Positions 1-10,566 of a DNA stretch of 64,000 nucleotides are shown piece by piece. Origin of the DNA: Vitrella brassicaformis CCMP3155 (Eukaryota > Protista > Chromerida). The notes under the pieces are model-generated. The model had not been told where the DNA came from. It saw nothing but the letters and a program-made list of their open reading frames with translations, and made no database searches. Both the position numbers and the translations under genes were made by a program. Within the stretch, counting starts at the first letter, position 1; the number at the start of each line of letters is the position of its first letter. The stretch lies in assembly GCA_001179505.1 (NCBI GenBank), contig CDMY01000302.1, forward strand, positions 64,682-128,681, written 5' to 3'.

Positions 1-78
1 CCTTGGTCTTGCCCCTGCACCAACACGCACTCACACGCACTCAATGTCTGCGCCCGCGAGAACCACTCACCCACGCAC

Positions 79-320
79 CTGTCGCCAAGACGTTGCTCGA
101 TGAGCTCATCGTCGCCAGCAGTTTCGCAGCCGATAATGACCACGTCAGCCGAGCTGGTGGCACCGCGCACCATCCCACCGTCGTAGAGGAACGACTTGAT
201 GTCGCCAATGGTGTGGAAGCTCCCCCCGAACTGTCTTACATTGAAGCACATGGGTCCCCACTCGCCGGGACAATCATGGTACGTGAAGAAGCGTAGCTCG
301 GCACGCACAACTGGCCGCGG
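79..320 (-). CDS. Probable exon of an unknown gene that continues beyond the left window edge
   Basis: Open frame PRPVVRAELRFFTYHDCPGEWGPMCFNVRQFGGSFHTIGDIKSFLYDGG...DDELIEQRLGD ends at an AG|GTGCGT donor near 78. The start is unclear (possibly the Met near 252). No family recognised. Confidence 0.3.
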
Positions 321-425
321 TCAGCTCAGCCAACGCCGCCAACACTGCAAACACTGCCAACGCTTCTTCTCTTCCATCTCCTTCCCCTTCCTCTCGCGAG
401 CTTTTGGGAACTCTCGCGCAGAAGT

Positions 426-1187
426 GTGAGAGAGCAGCCCAAAAGCGTTGAGTCGCCCTGGATGGGTTCTGGTTTCTCGGGTTGTTCTCCTCCCCAGACG
501 ATAACATTTCACCTCCATGTTATCCTCTCCGAGGATCAGCGTTCCGAGTGGATTTTCGGGGAGGAGCCTGTTGAGCATTGGGAAGTGGATTACCCGAGCA
601 CGCGCACTCTCCAGACGTTGCGCTGGAAACGGGAGGTGAGGCTATGGTGGAACAATATTGGACCGCGAGATTGGGATTTTCGCTCATACGAGATTGACTT
701 CTATAATTAAGAAGAAGCCATACCTGCGAGGTGAGTATGCCTGTAGTGAAGGAGCGTCTTTCTGCGCGAGTGCGTGTGTATTGCGGTTGTATGTGTGTCT
801 GTTTGTGGGCAGAAACTACAACATCCCCATACACGAAGTCTTCACCAATCTTTGCACCACTCGACTGGCTGGCACACGAAACCGGCCCCTCAAGTTCGAA
901 TGCCGACGTACGCACGCACTTGCGGAAAGAGAGCATCGACACACTGCCTTGTGTGTGCTGTAGGAGGACGTCGGATCATCGAGGCACCAGCCCTAGCCCC
1001 ACGCGGAGGGCAGGCGGGCCCCGCCCGACAGCCCGAACCCAGAGAGCGGGCGAGCCCCGCCGCACCGCCCGAACCCAGAGAGCGGGCGAGCCCCGCCGGA
1101 CCGCCCGAATTCAGAGGGCGGGCGAGCCCCGTCGTGTCACAGCCCGACGCCGAAGAAAGCCCGCTCGAAGAGCCAGATCTGAGATAA
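426..1187 (+). CDS. Hypothetical multi-exon gene (family A); related copy at about 40.5-41.2 kb
   Basis: Exon-like HWEVDYPSTRTLQTLRWKREVRLWWNNIGPRDWDFRSYEIDF, a GTGAGT...GGCAG intron at about 731-812, then NYNIPIHEVF..., ending in a Pro/Glu/Arg repeat tail. 560-960 is the reverse complement of about 40790-41200 with substitutions. Confidence 0.4.
1032..1135 (+). repeat. 36-bp tandem repeat, about 3 copies (encodes PEPRERASPAAP-like units)
   Basis: gaacccagagagcgggcgagccccgccg units start at 1035, 1071 and (diverged) 1107. Confidence 0.9.
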
Positions 1188-1299
1188 TGCATATACACGT
1201 ATGTATAGCCGTATGATAAACGCCTTGCACGCACGTATGGTACACTGGACGGACAATGGACGAATCTCAATGAAGGCACAAACGCATTTCTCCCTCTCG

Positions 1300-2110
1300 C
1301 CTTCTTGTCCATCCATTCGCCCTTGTTGAGTCGCATTTGGACATCAACAGTCGTCCGCACCCCGCTCAACATCGATGAGTACCTACACACACACACACAC
1401 GCACACACACACACACACGGACACAGGGGGCACATGTGTTGATCGTATACATGAGTGCTGTCGGGTACGGTACCGTTTGAGGTGGACGAGGAGCAGCGTG
1501 GGCACGTGTGTGATGGACAGCTGCTTGGTCGCCTGCACGGGCACATCAGATACACACATGCGCACCTGTACCTCCTCTGTCTGTTCCGCGTGAGGGCGTA
1601 CCCGTCTCTTCTGTTTGCAGACCTCACAGAAGTAGTGCTGGTGGCCGGGCTGCACCAACCGTACACACACACATCCATCCATCCATCCACGGACACGCGC
1701 ATCGCTCTGTTTCGTTGCTGACCTGTCCGAGTATCTCTTCGTCGAAGAAGCTCTCCACACACGTGTGAAGCGACAAACGCGGCGCCTAACACACACACGC
1801 ACACACATGGATGGATGGATATGGGCACACGAAAAGGATGAGCATCCTTCGTTCACACACACGTAGTTACCCGTTCGAGGGGCAGCGACAAGTCGAAGAA
1901 GGGGTCGAATGTGTCGCTGGTGGTCCCGCACATGGTGCACTTGACGCGCGAACGGAGCTGCAGGTACACACACACAAGAGGAAGAGACGAATGGACAGGA
2001 GGGTATTGTTGTGGGTGTGCGTGGGTACCTGTCCCGAGAAGGTCTCTGCGATGAGGGTGTTGTTGCTCTCGAGGAAGTGGCTCCACCAACGCTCGGCTGC
2101 CTGCACAACC
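1300..2110 (-). pseudogene. Ubiquitin-specific protease (USP, peptidase C19) central fragment
   Basis: Exons WSHFLESNNTLIAETFSGQ / LRSRVKCTMCGTTSDTFDPFFDLSLPL / HYFCEVCKQKR / ATKQLSITHVPTLLLVHLKRY match the USP fingers/palm region. No Cys-box or His-box exon was found nearby. Confidence 0.7.
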
Positions 2111-2348
2111 GTCACACGCATACACACACACACGTGTTCATTGACGTTCCTCTCCCTCTTTCCCTCTCTCTCTCTCCCTCGCTCTATGTGTGTGTGGTGG
2201 TTGATTTGATCCCTAAATCAATGTCGATGATTTGCATATGTGCGTCAAGAGAATGTCTGTGTGCAGACAGACAGACATATTCACATCACCATACCACGCA
2301 CAGACAGACGCATACACACGCATACAGCCGGTTAGTTAGGTTGGTCAC

Positions 2349-3278
2349 TCAGTCACAGCAGCCAGTCCCTAACGCCCCGCCCTGCTCCTTCTTGCCCTTG
2401 GATGAGGGCGGCTCGCGAAGTGCGTCGGTGAAGAGCGCCACGCCCATCACCAGACCGCCCACGACAGCAAAGAACAACCCCTGCACACACAGAGAATGCA
2501 GCCGCATGAATCTCGGCCATACGTCGGTATGTCTGTGTGCGATTGGCGAGCGCACCACTTCGAAGAGCATGGCGATGAGCATAAGGCCATAATCGAGAGA
2601 GAATGATAACGCCGCCAGACCCGCTCTCACACAGTGCTTCATTGCCACCGGTCGTGGGCCGCCTCCCGTCAGCTCCCACCAGGTCTCCAGCCGCCCTCTG
2701 TACAGCCGCAGAAACACCGACGCCATCCCGGCAGCAAAGATTATCAGACACGCACCCAAATACTGCCAGACAGACACGGACCCAAATACTACAGACATGT
2801 GCGGCGAGATCTGTCCATTTGCGTGTGTGTGTTGGCTGACCTCTCCAGTGTTGTTCGTCTGCCAGAAGGAGAAGAGTATGGTGTTCTGGACACTCATGTG
2901 GAATGTCATCGAGTGGTGCTGGTGGTGGCTGCTGTGGTCGTCCGGCTGGTGGGGGTGATGCAACCTGTCAGCATCTGAAAGGCCTCGCCTCTCTTCGGTG
3001 TTGTGATCTGACGATGAATTGTTTCCTCTCTCGGCCCTCAGATGCACCACATGGCACAGCACACTCGCCGCATACATCCAATGACGAGAATGCATCTTGG
3101 CGGATCTGCAGCATTTACAAGCTCGCAAGGCCGGGGAAGTGCGGGAATCGCCGTCCACAAATGTCCACCGCCTTGGCTGCCCGCCGCCTGCTGGCGCCTC
3201 ATCGATCCATTGCGGCCGCCGCCAGGATTCCTTTTCGCTGCCGTTCCTCGCCATTTCTGCCTCATCCCGTGATTTCAT
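2349..3278 (-). CDS. Ctr (SLC31) copper transporter, 3 or more exons, start uncertain
   Basis: His-rich N-region (HHPHQPDDHSSHHQHHSMTF), ILFSFWQT, TM1 YLGACLIIFAAGMASVFL, TM2 LDYGLMLIAM (MxxxM), TM3 LFFAVVGGLVMG (GxxxG). In-frame introns at about 2763-2840 and 2483-2556. Confidence 0.85.
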   Translation of the reverse strand: MKSRDEAEMARNGSEKESWRRPQWIDEAPAGGGQPRRWTFVDGDSRTSPALRACKCCRSAKMHSRHWMYAASVLCHVVHLRAERGNNSSSDHNTEERRGLSDADRLHHPHQPDDHSSHHQHHSMTFHMSVQNTILFSFWQTNNTGEVSQHTHANGQISPHMSVVFGSVSVWQYLGACLIIFAAGMASVFLRLYRGRLETWWELTGGGPRPVAMKHCVRAGLAALSFSLDYGLMLIAMLFEVVRSPIAHRHTDVWPRFMRLHSLCVQGLFFAVVGGLVMGVALFTDALREPPSSKGKKEQGGALGTGCCD

Positions 3279-5011
3279 CCATGCAGGCGGGCCTCGCTGT
3301 CGCCTCTCGTCATGTATTGGGCTCCCACCGGTCCCCTGCGCTCGCCGCCACCGCCTCCCCCTCTCCCTACGCCACCCAATTCCAGCAGCGGCTTGTGCAT
3401 CGACGGCTCCTCACAAGCCCTGCTGCTGACATTCTTCTGCAGCGATGGGAGAAGAAGAGATATCGGCTCGTCAGCAACTGTGGCGTGCAGTGTGTGATGG
3501 ATCTGCTGAGGAACTGGTTTGAGGTGCAGAGGACCTACGAGTTCGCCCATGCTGACCTTGCCGTGCGGCCCTTTGGTGTGGGTGAGGACCTGTGGCTGCC
3601 GGTGCAAGTGAAGACGTGCAAGCAGAAAAGTAGCAGCGGCGGTCGCGCTTGGTTCTTTCACCTTGTTCAGCAGTACGCCGGCATGCCCGTCGTCTGTGTG
3701 GCTCTGCGAGAGTATCGCATCTGGTGCTACGACGGATCCATGCTGAAGGAAGAAGGCGGCAAGTCGGGTCATATTGCCATCTCTGAGAACGGCAAGTGGG
3801 ACCATGAGAAATTTCGATGCTCAGCGACGCTTGAGGGCCAGGAATCTCTGGCACATAAGCTGCTGCTGGCCTATCATGACACCGCATTTATCAAGGACTC
3901 GCTGGGGAACATCATGAGGCAGCGGTCTGAGACCCATCAGAAGGGCGAGGAATCCGTTGCCGCATGGGCCCCTTTGCTGTCTGCTGCTGGTATGGACATC
4001 CGTCCACGCCAGCTCCGCTACGAGGACACGCCTGTCGATGCCGTCTGGCGGTGGAATGGGAAGAAATTCCTCGTTCAGCACAAACAAGCTGTCCTTCACT
4101 CCGGGGTCAAGGACGGCTCATATTGTTGTCCTTCAGAAGAGTGCCGGCAGGAAGGGAGCACGTCTCACAATTCAGCTGTACGAGGAACAAGACTTTGATT
4201 TGCTCGCCGTCTCTGTGCCTGGTGATCGCTATTTTTATCTCATTCCCACGGAGGTGCTGGTGCAAAGGGGGAAGGTGAGGGGAAATGGAGAGAGACGCAA
4301 GTGCAGCGGCTCGTCATTGTACCTGTGGACCCCAGAAGCACAGGTCATGCAGAAACGCAAAGAGGAGAACGGGTGCAGAGGAAGAAAGGCTGATTTCTGG
4401 GCGAGCGAGTATTTGATTGACACATGTGCGGACGATGGCCGAGTGGGGAGGCTGCATGCTATCCTTGAGGGCGCCAAGTGCTCGAAATGACGTGACAGGA
4501 CGGCTGGATGCCTGTGTGTGCCCGCCTTTTTCAATGAATCCATGTGTCGAGTATGCCAGTGGCCACTCCCCCGCCCATCTACACACATCCACCCATATTC
4601 GCATGTGACTGAAAGCCATCATAGACAAGCACAAATTGGACAAACAAGCACAGAGATCTTGTTGAAAAATTGGGTGTGGTGTGGATGATTCGTTCACACA
4701 GGGTGGTTCAGGTGGTTGCATGGAGGCTTATGTGCATGCACACGTGTGTGCGAGTGTTGGCATACAAAAAAGACAGACAGACCTGTGTATGCATACGGTG
4801 CCGAAAGCGCAGAAGGGACTCGTTGATTTATCTATTCATATTCATCTTTCCACCGGAGAGTCTGTCTGTCTATCTGTCTGTCGAGCACATCAACACACTG
4901 TCTGCGATGCATGTGTGTCGAGAACCATCCACCCACCCACCCAAACATCCACCCACACATCCAGCCGAGCCCTTTGTATGCACGTATCACACATCATGTC
5001 ATCCTCCCACC
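3031..5011 (+). repeat. Dispersed repeat unit B (nuclease plus about 0.5 kb 3' flank), inverted copy at 49796-51880
   Basis: Continuous reverse-complement similarity, including non-coding 4490-5011 vs 49796-50454. Similarity ends at atcctcccacc. Confidence 0.85.
3161..4490 (+). pseudogene. Intronless tandem PD-(D/E)XK nuclease-like gene, copy 1, frameshifted near 4120
   Basis: Motifs HADLAV...LPVQVKT and TPVDAVW...FLVQHK, then DFDLLAVSVPGDRYFYLIP. A 2-nt deletion relative to copy 2 (tcatat[ct]tgttgtc) shifts the frame from ORF 2903..4198 to ORF 3957..4490. Confidence 0.7.
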
Positions 5012-5099
5012 CTCCTAATTCGCCTCATCGTCCAGCAAGCCCGCAGACTGCGTCAGACCCTCTTCTATCATCGGCTTATCATCGTAGCCAGTGAAGGCC

Positions 5100-7150
5100 T
5101 TGAGCATCTGACGCCACGTCAGCAGCTCGACAGAGAGGTGCTCGTACCTCCCTGTCCTCACTGTTGAGATGATAGTTCCTCCTCCTGCTGGCGCCTCAGA
5201 GATCTCTGCTGCTCTCCGATCTCCTGTGCCATTTTGAGCGTGGTAACCCAGTCCAATAACTTCTAGTCCTTGGTCACGGCGTCTGCAGCGCACACGCACA
5301 CACACACAGACAAAGACACCCATGTGGCACGGTAGGTGAATCGCCGGGTCGCTTTCTTCCTTCCTCTCTGTCGTCATGTGTGTGTGTGTGTGTGGTTCTC
5401 CCTCCCTCTGTGTGTGTGGGCGGTGCATGCGAACCAGGGGGCGGTGTGCAGTAATGTGTTTGGTACAGCGGGGTGAGTTGCTGTGTGTTCGCTAGAATGA
5501 GCTGGTCGGTCGACAGAAGGCGCTGTGTGAGCCGTGCATGGCTGCTGGTGCACTCGATTGGACGGCGTACTTGGTCTGCTTTTGTCGGTCGGCACAGCTG
5601 CGAGTACTGGTGGCGCAGAACTGGAGGCGGGCACACACACCGTCAAAGTTCCGTGCAACAGCTCTCTTCCTCGCGCACCCTATCTCCTTGTCTCGCGCAT
5701 TTCAAAGGATGCCCATCAATCAGCGTAGCCGGTGATGGATGGCTAGTTGGCTGGCCCTGAGCATCACACACGGCTTCGTTCAGCAGCTCGACAGAGATGA
5801 CATTGTGTGTGCTTCTGCCCACCTGTCTGTCTGTCTGTCTGTCTGTTGTCGTCACTGTTGAGATGATGCTTCCTCCTCCTGCTGGCGCCGTAGAAGATTC
5901 TCATCCTAACGGACTTCCCATATCTTTCTGACCTGGTTCATACGGCGGAAGACGTCCTCCCTCAGCTCCTTCAAGTCCTCCACGCTCATGGTCTCCGAGA
6001 AACCTGTCTGGTACATTAAGTGAATTAGCCTATCAGTCGAGTCCATGCGCCGCTCGAGGAGGATGAGAGTTTTTTCGTCCTTCTCCTGCTCGATCTGCTG
6101 CTTCAGTTCTCCCCACTGTTCCCACAGCTCCTTGACCTTTCTGTCCAGGTCGACAGAGATGACATTGTGTGTGCTTCTGCCCACCTGTCTGTCTGTCTGT
6201 CTGTTGTTGTCACTGTTGAGATGATTGCTCCTGCTGGCGCCTCAGAAAGTCCTGCTCATCCCCGAGCTCCTTTATCTGCATCATCTGGTTGAACAAGCGG
6301 CGGTTGTCCTCCTTCATATGGAATAAGCTCTCCTGGAGGAGCGCCTTCAAGTCCGCCTTGGTCGCGGCCTCTGCAGCGCACACGCACACACACACAGACA
6401 AAGACACCCATGTGGCACGGTAGGTGAATCGCCGGGTCGCTTTCTTCCTTCCTCTCTGTCGTCATGTGTGTGCATTTCTCTTCTCTTCACATGCATGTGT
6501 GTGTCGTTCTCTCTCCCTCCCTCCCTCCCTCCCTGTGTGTGGGCGGTGCGTGCGTACCAGGGCGAAATGTGGAGAAGAGTGCTTGGTCTATCGCATTGAG
6601 TCGCTTATCGATCGACACAATGAGCTGCGTGAGGCTGTTGATGAGCGTTAAAGTCTCTTTGTCCTCAGGCTGCTTAAGCGCGAGATCGAACTGCTGCGAC
6701 AGTTCTGCCTTCTCTTGGTCCAGCGCCGCCTTCTCTTCCCGAAGCTCCCTGATGAGACTGTCCAGCTTCGCAGGGGGGGCGGTATCGGCGTCATTGGTCA
6801 CCTGCACCCCCCACCACACACACATTCAGGTGCCTGCGTCAGTCATCGGCCGCCTTGTTGCCTCCCACCCTCTCCCACCGACCCACCATGAGTGCAGTGG
6901 AGCCACGGGGCCGCCGGCGTCGATGGGAAGTGGACGAAGATGACTGCACCATGACGGTAGGCAGAGGCAGGGCGGCCATCCACTCAGTCGGCTCGGCTCG
7001 CCGCACGTCCAGCTGCTGCTGCTGGCCAGCAGAGTGGGCACCAACATGCTGCAGGTGGCGGACGGCATGGCCCAGGGGAGGCACAAATGCGACGACGGCA
7101 CTTATCCATACTCCCATCACCAGCAGCAGAATCACCATCAGCAGCATGGT
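5100..7150 (-). CDS. Coiled-coil protein with signal-peptide-like N-terminus and internally duplicated modules, possibly degenerate
   Basis: MLLMVILLLVMGVWISAVVAFVPPL leader; heptad-rich exons (KLDSLIRELREEKAALDQEKAELSQQF; DRKVKELWEQWGELKQQIEQEK). Direct repeats 5270-5390 vs 6358-6475, and a core at about 5158, 5852 and 6210. Confidence 0.4.
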
Positions 7151-8039
7151 CTGTGTGCCTACAAATGCGTCACACACACACACACAGACACACAGAGGGA
7201 TACTGACTGACTGATTGATTGATTGATCGTTCCCCTCTCTCGCCCCTGACGTACTCGTGGCGGCGTGAGTCAGTTTGGTTGTTTGTACTCACGTATCGTG
7301 GCGGCGGACGAATAGCACCACAGCAAGGCATTCCCCGGTTTGTTTTCTTTCCAATGCACGAGCATCACTCACTCACTCATTCACTGATCTGACTGAATCA
7401 CCGCGTGTGCGTCTCCGTCGCCGACCTCAGCTGACAAGGCAAGGTGGATGCCAAAGGACGACAGACAGATCTCAGCGCACAGCACAGCCGTCAGGAGGGC
7501 TGGGCACCGAACTTGAAAGAGCCGGAGGGTTTGACTGCCGAGGGGTCAAAGGGTTTGTTACCCTATAGCCCCATTCCCGAGAGGCCAAACTGCGGCGTTT
7601 TGTTTGTGCGCCTTAATTGTCGGACAGCTGTGCGTTGCGAGAGTGAGGCACTCGGCCGACAAGCTTACAAGAGGGCGAGAAGAGTCCCTCGAGTCAGTCG
7701 TCCTCTCGGCTGCTTTGGTGGGGTGGCGGGCCGTTGAGCTGACAGACATCGGAGGTGAGGGAGGCCCAACACTCACTGACTCGCTGACTGAGTGATGCGC
7801 TCATCCACTCACGTCAATGAATTAATGCGTTGGCCTTTCTGTCTGTCTGTCTGTCTGCCTCTCTCTGTGTGTCCTAGTTGTGTGTGTCTGTCGGCCCATC
7901 GGTGCAGTGTGGCTGAGGACCGATGGCGGCCTCCTCATCTGCCGCTGCCGCTGGTGGTGTTAGCTCATTGACCTCTCTCTGATCTGTCCATCTGAGCATC
8001 GAACGAGATGAGCAGCACACACACAGATCTGTGAGCAGC

Positions 8040-10200
8040 ATGCTCGATGGACATAATCCTCTGCCGGCTCTGTCGCTCTGTGCAGCCTCTCGTCGACCAC
8101 CGCCCCACTCATCTGACCGTCTTGGCCCATCCATCGCATGCAGCAACCAGAGCATCAGCAGCAGCACCCCTTCTCGTATATCTTCGTCGGCCGCCGCACC
8201 TTCTACCTCTTCAGCAGCATCAAGGACATCCTGCGGCTGAGGGCCATCTGCACCTGGCTCAGAGAGCTCTTCGGAGCGGCCCAGCTAAGAGATCGGCTCC
8301 GCCACTCGCTGGGCTCACATGCGGGGCTGCGGCGGGCGAATGTGAATGGGCAGCAGCAAGTGCAGCTGCTGCGGTTCGACGACGACCAGTTCGGCGCACA
8401 TGATCTGCTGGCGGCTGTGTGTGTGGTGGAGGAGGGGGGCTGGGGCGAGATGGTCGAGGTGATTGAGCTGGCGGGGCAGTGCGGCAATTGTGAGCTGCCT
8501 GTGACCCTCAGTGGGGCTGACATCAACACACACGCAAACATAACGGTGAGCCAGCAAACAGAGGGGCGGGGAGGGGACAAAAGGAGAAGAGCCTCATTCT
8601 CTCTGTCTGTGTCTGTGTAGGCGTATGTGTCGGCTCCCCGTGTGTTGGCGCAGCTCAAGATGGTCGGCCCCCACATCCACTTCAGTGACGGCAGCTGCCT
8701 GCAGCTGTTCCACCACGGCAACGGTGAGGTGAGGGCCATCATCGACCAGCCCGGCTTCGAGCTGCAAGTCGACCCGCCTCTCTTTCCCTTTCCCGGCCAC
8801 CTGTACCAGCAGCACAGACAGCCACACGACCCACCAGTGCGCAGCATTTCCATCGGCTACTCGACCGACAACGCCAGATGGGTGGCATTCGGTGACCTGG
8901 GGCGCATCGATTCGTCAGTGTCGTCATTTGCCAAGTTCATAATTCTCAAACACTTCCACAAGACTCACCAGATCAATGACACATTCACTACACTCAACAG
9001 GTAGCACACCGACGATATCTTTGGGGTCGAGCAAACCATCAGAAGTCATTTGTTGGTTTTTGTGTGTTCAGAGGTGTTGGTGATAGCGGCCGTCTCCACG
9101 ACCTCCTGACGCAGTCGCCCCACACACGGGTGGCCGGCTGCGCGACCACACTCGGCTTGGGCGGTGTGGCGCGGCAGCTGGTGCTGACCGATGGCAGTCA
9201 TCCCTTCGTCGCGTTGATTACCATCATCAGATCGGGAAATGCCGCTCAGAGTGACCGAGAGGGAGAGAGCTCTGCTCGTCGCATGTTGCGTCTTCATCTG
9301 TCTTCATCTCTCATTGTCTGCAGTGAGTGTTCATGTGGTGACCACTGAGGGGGCTGTGTGTGAGAGTGGTGCCTTCAAGCACCGCTTCCCGGTGACCACT
9401 CAGCTGGCTCGCGTGGCGTTGGGGGCGGTGGCGCCATTCGTATTCGACGGACAAGTACAACAACAGCAGCAGCAGCAAGATGACGACAGCGACGATGGTA
9501 CGGACACACACACACACAGATGGATGAAAGACTTGCCTTCTGTCTGTCTGTCTGTCTGTCTGTGCGTGGTATCTGCAGATTCGGACGATGGCAGCGGCGA
9601 TGAGATTGGTGATGGTGTGGATGACGGCAGCGGAGAGGGCGGCGGAGGTACACAGCCGCACACACCACAGAGGCCCTCACGTCGACCTCCATGACAATCG
9701 TGTGTGTGTGTGTGTGTGTGTGTGCCTTGGGCAGGTGAGGGTGGCGCAGCTGAGGCGGAGGGCGGCGGCTGACCGATCCATCAGCCAACACGCACTGGTG
9801 GGTGCGCAGCGATACATCCCCTCTGTCGCCATGTGGCTGAGTGCTGCCCTGCCCTCTGTGTGTGTGTGTGTGTGTGTGTGTTGTCAGGAGGGCATCTCAA
9901 GTTGGGTGCTGGCTGTCGTCATTCATCTCTGTCGCCGATCGGTTTGTTCTTCAGGACACATCGCCCACCGCTCACTGTGTGGACCAGCTGCTGCTGCTGT
10001 GTGACCGAATGGCTGGCTGCCTGTGGGTCTCGGTGTGAGTGCCTGTGGTGCTGTCCGGTCCGCTCCCGGCCGATTTTGATGTGATGCGCCGGCCGATGTG
10101 TGAGTGTTTGGCTGCCTGACTGACTCACTCGCCCTCGGTTCCGCCATGGGTGCCCTGACGGGAATGAAATGATCACACCAGTGATACTCACAGCAAAGGC
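8040..10200 (+). CDS. Lineage-specific multigene family member (family C); inverted copy at 52430-54640
   Basis: Exons ILRLRAICTWLRELFGAAQLRDRL...LAAVCVVEEGGWGEM, APRVLAQLKMVGPHIHFSDGSCLQLF, GAFKHRFPVTTQLARVALG; GT-AG introns. No function recognised. Confidence 0.55.
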
Positions 10201-10566
10201 CACACATCCCGTCAGCCACCTGCAGCAGAAACTCGCACGCACCAGAAAGAGCCTGGTGACAAACACAAGGGCGACACTTCGTCGAGCTGTGCCGGGTGTG
10301 TCGGCCGCCCACTGCTGCTGCACAGGCGCATTCACCAATTTAGCATTCCCCACGCCTCATCCGGACTCAGAGAGCACGGCAGCGGCCGCCATACGCTCCT
10401 GCAATGGGAGAAACCTCTCAGCGCGGCGATCGGCAGGGTTCCAAACCATGAGAGCTTAGAGGTGCGGCACTCTCCTCGTCCCAATTGGCTCTGCCTCTGT
10501 GCAGCAGCAGCATCTCTGGGGACCACGACCAACGGGCACTTCACTTCCCAAGCAGCTGAGTTGAGG

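Noticed and set aside
79-380. In-frame TGA at 321-323 between two open stretches (possible selenocysteine or readthrough)
   Set aside because: No selenoprotein motif or SECIS was recognised, and a downstream Met near 252 explains the frame without recoding.
1032-1135. 36-bp repeats as a CRISPR-like array
   Set aside because: The units are contiguous with no spacers, keep the reading frame, and no cas genes are present.
3031-5011. Classifying repeat B as a Helitron, LINE or TIR transposon
   Set aside because: No convincing termini, TSD, poly-A, RT or transposase were seen, so it is reported only as a dispersed nuclease unit.
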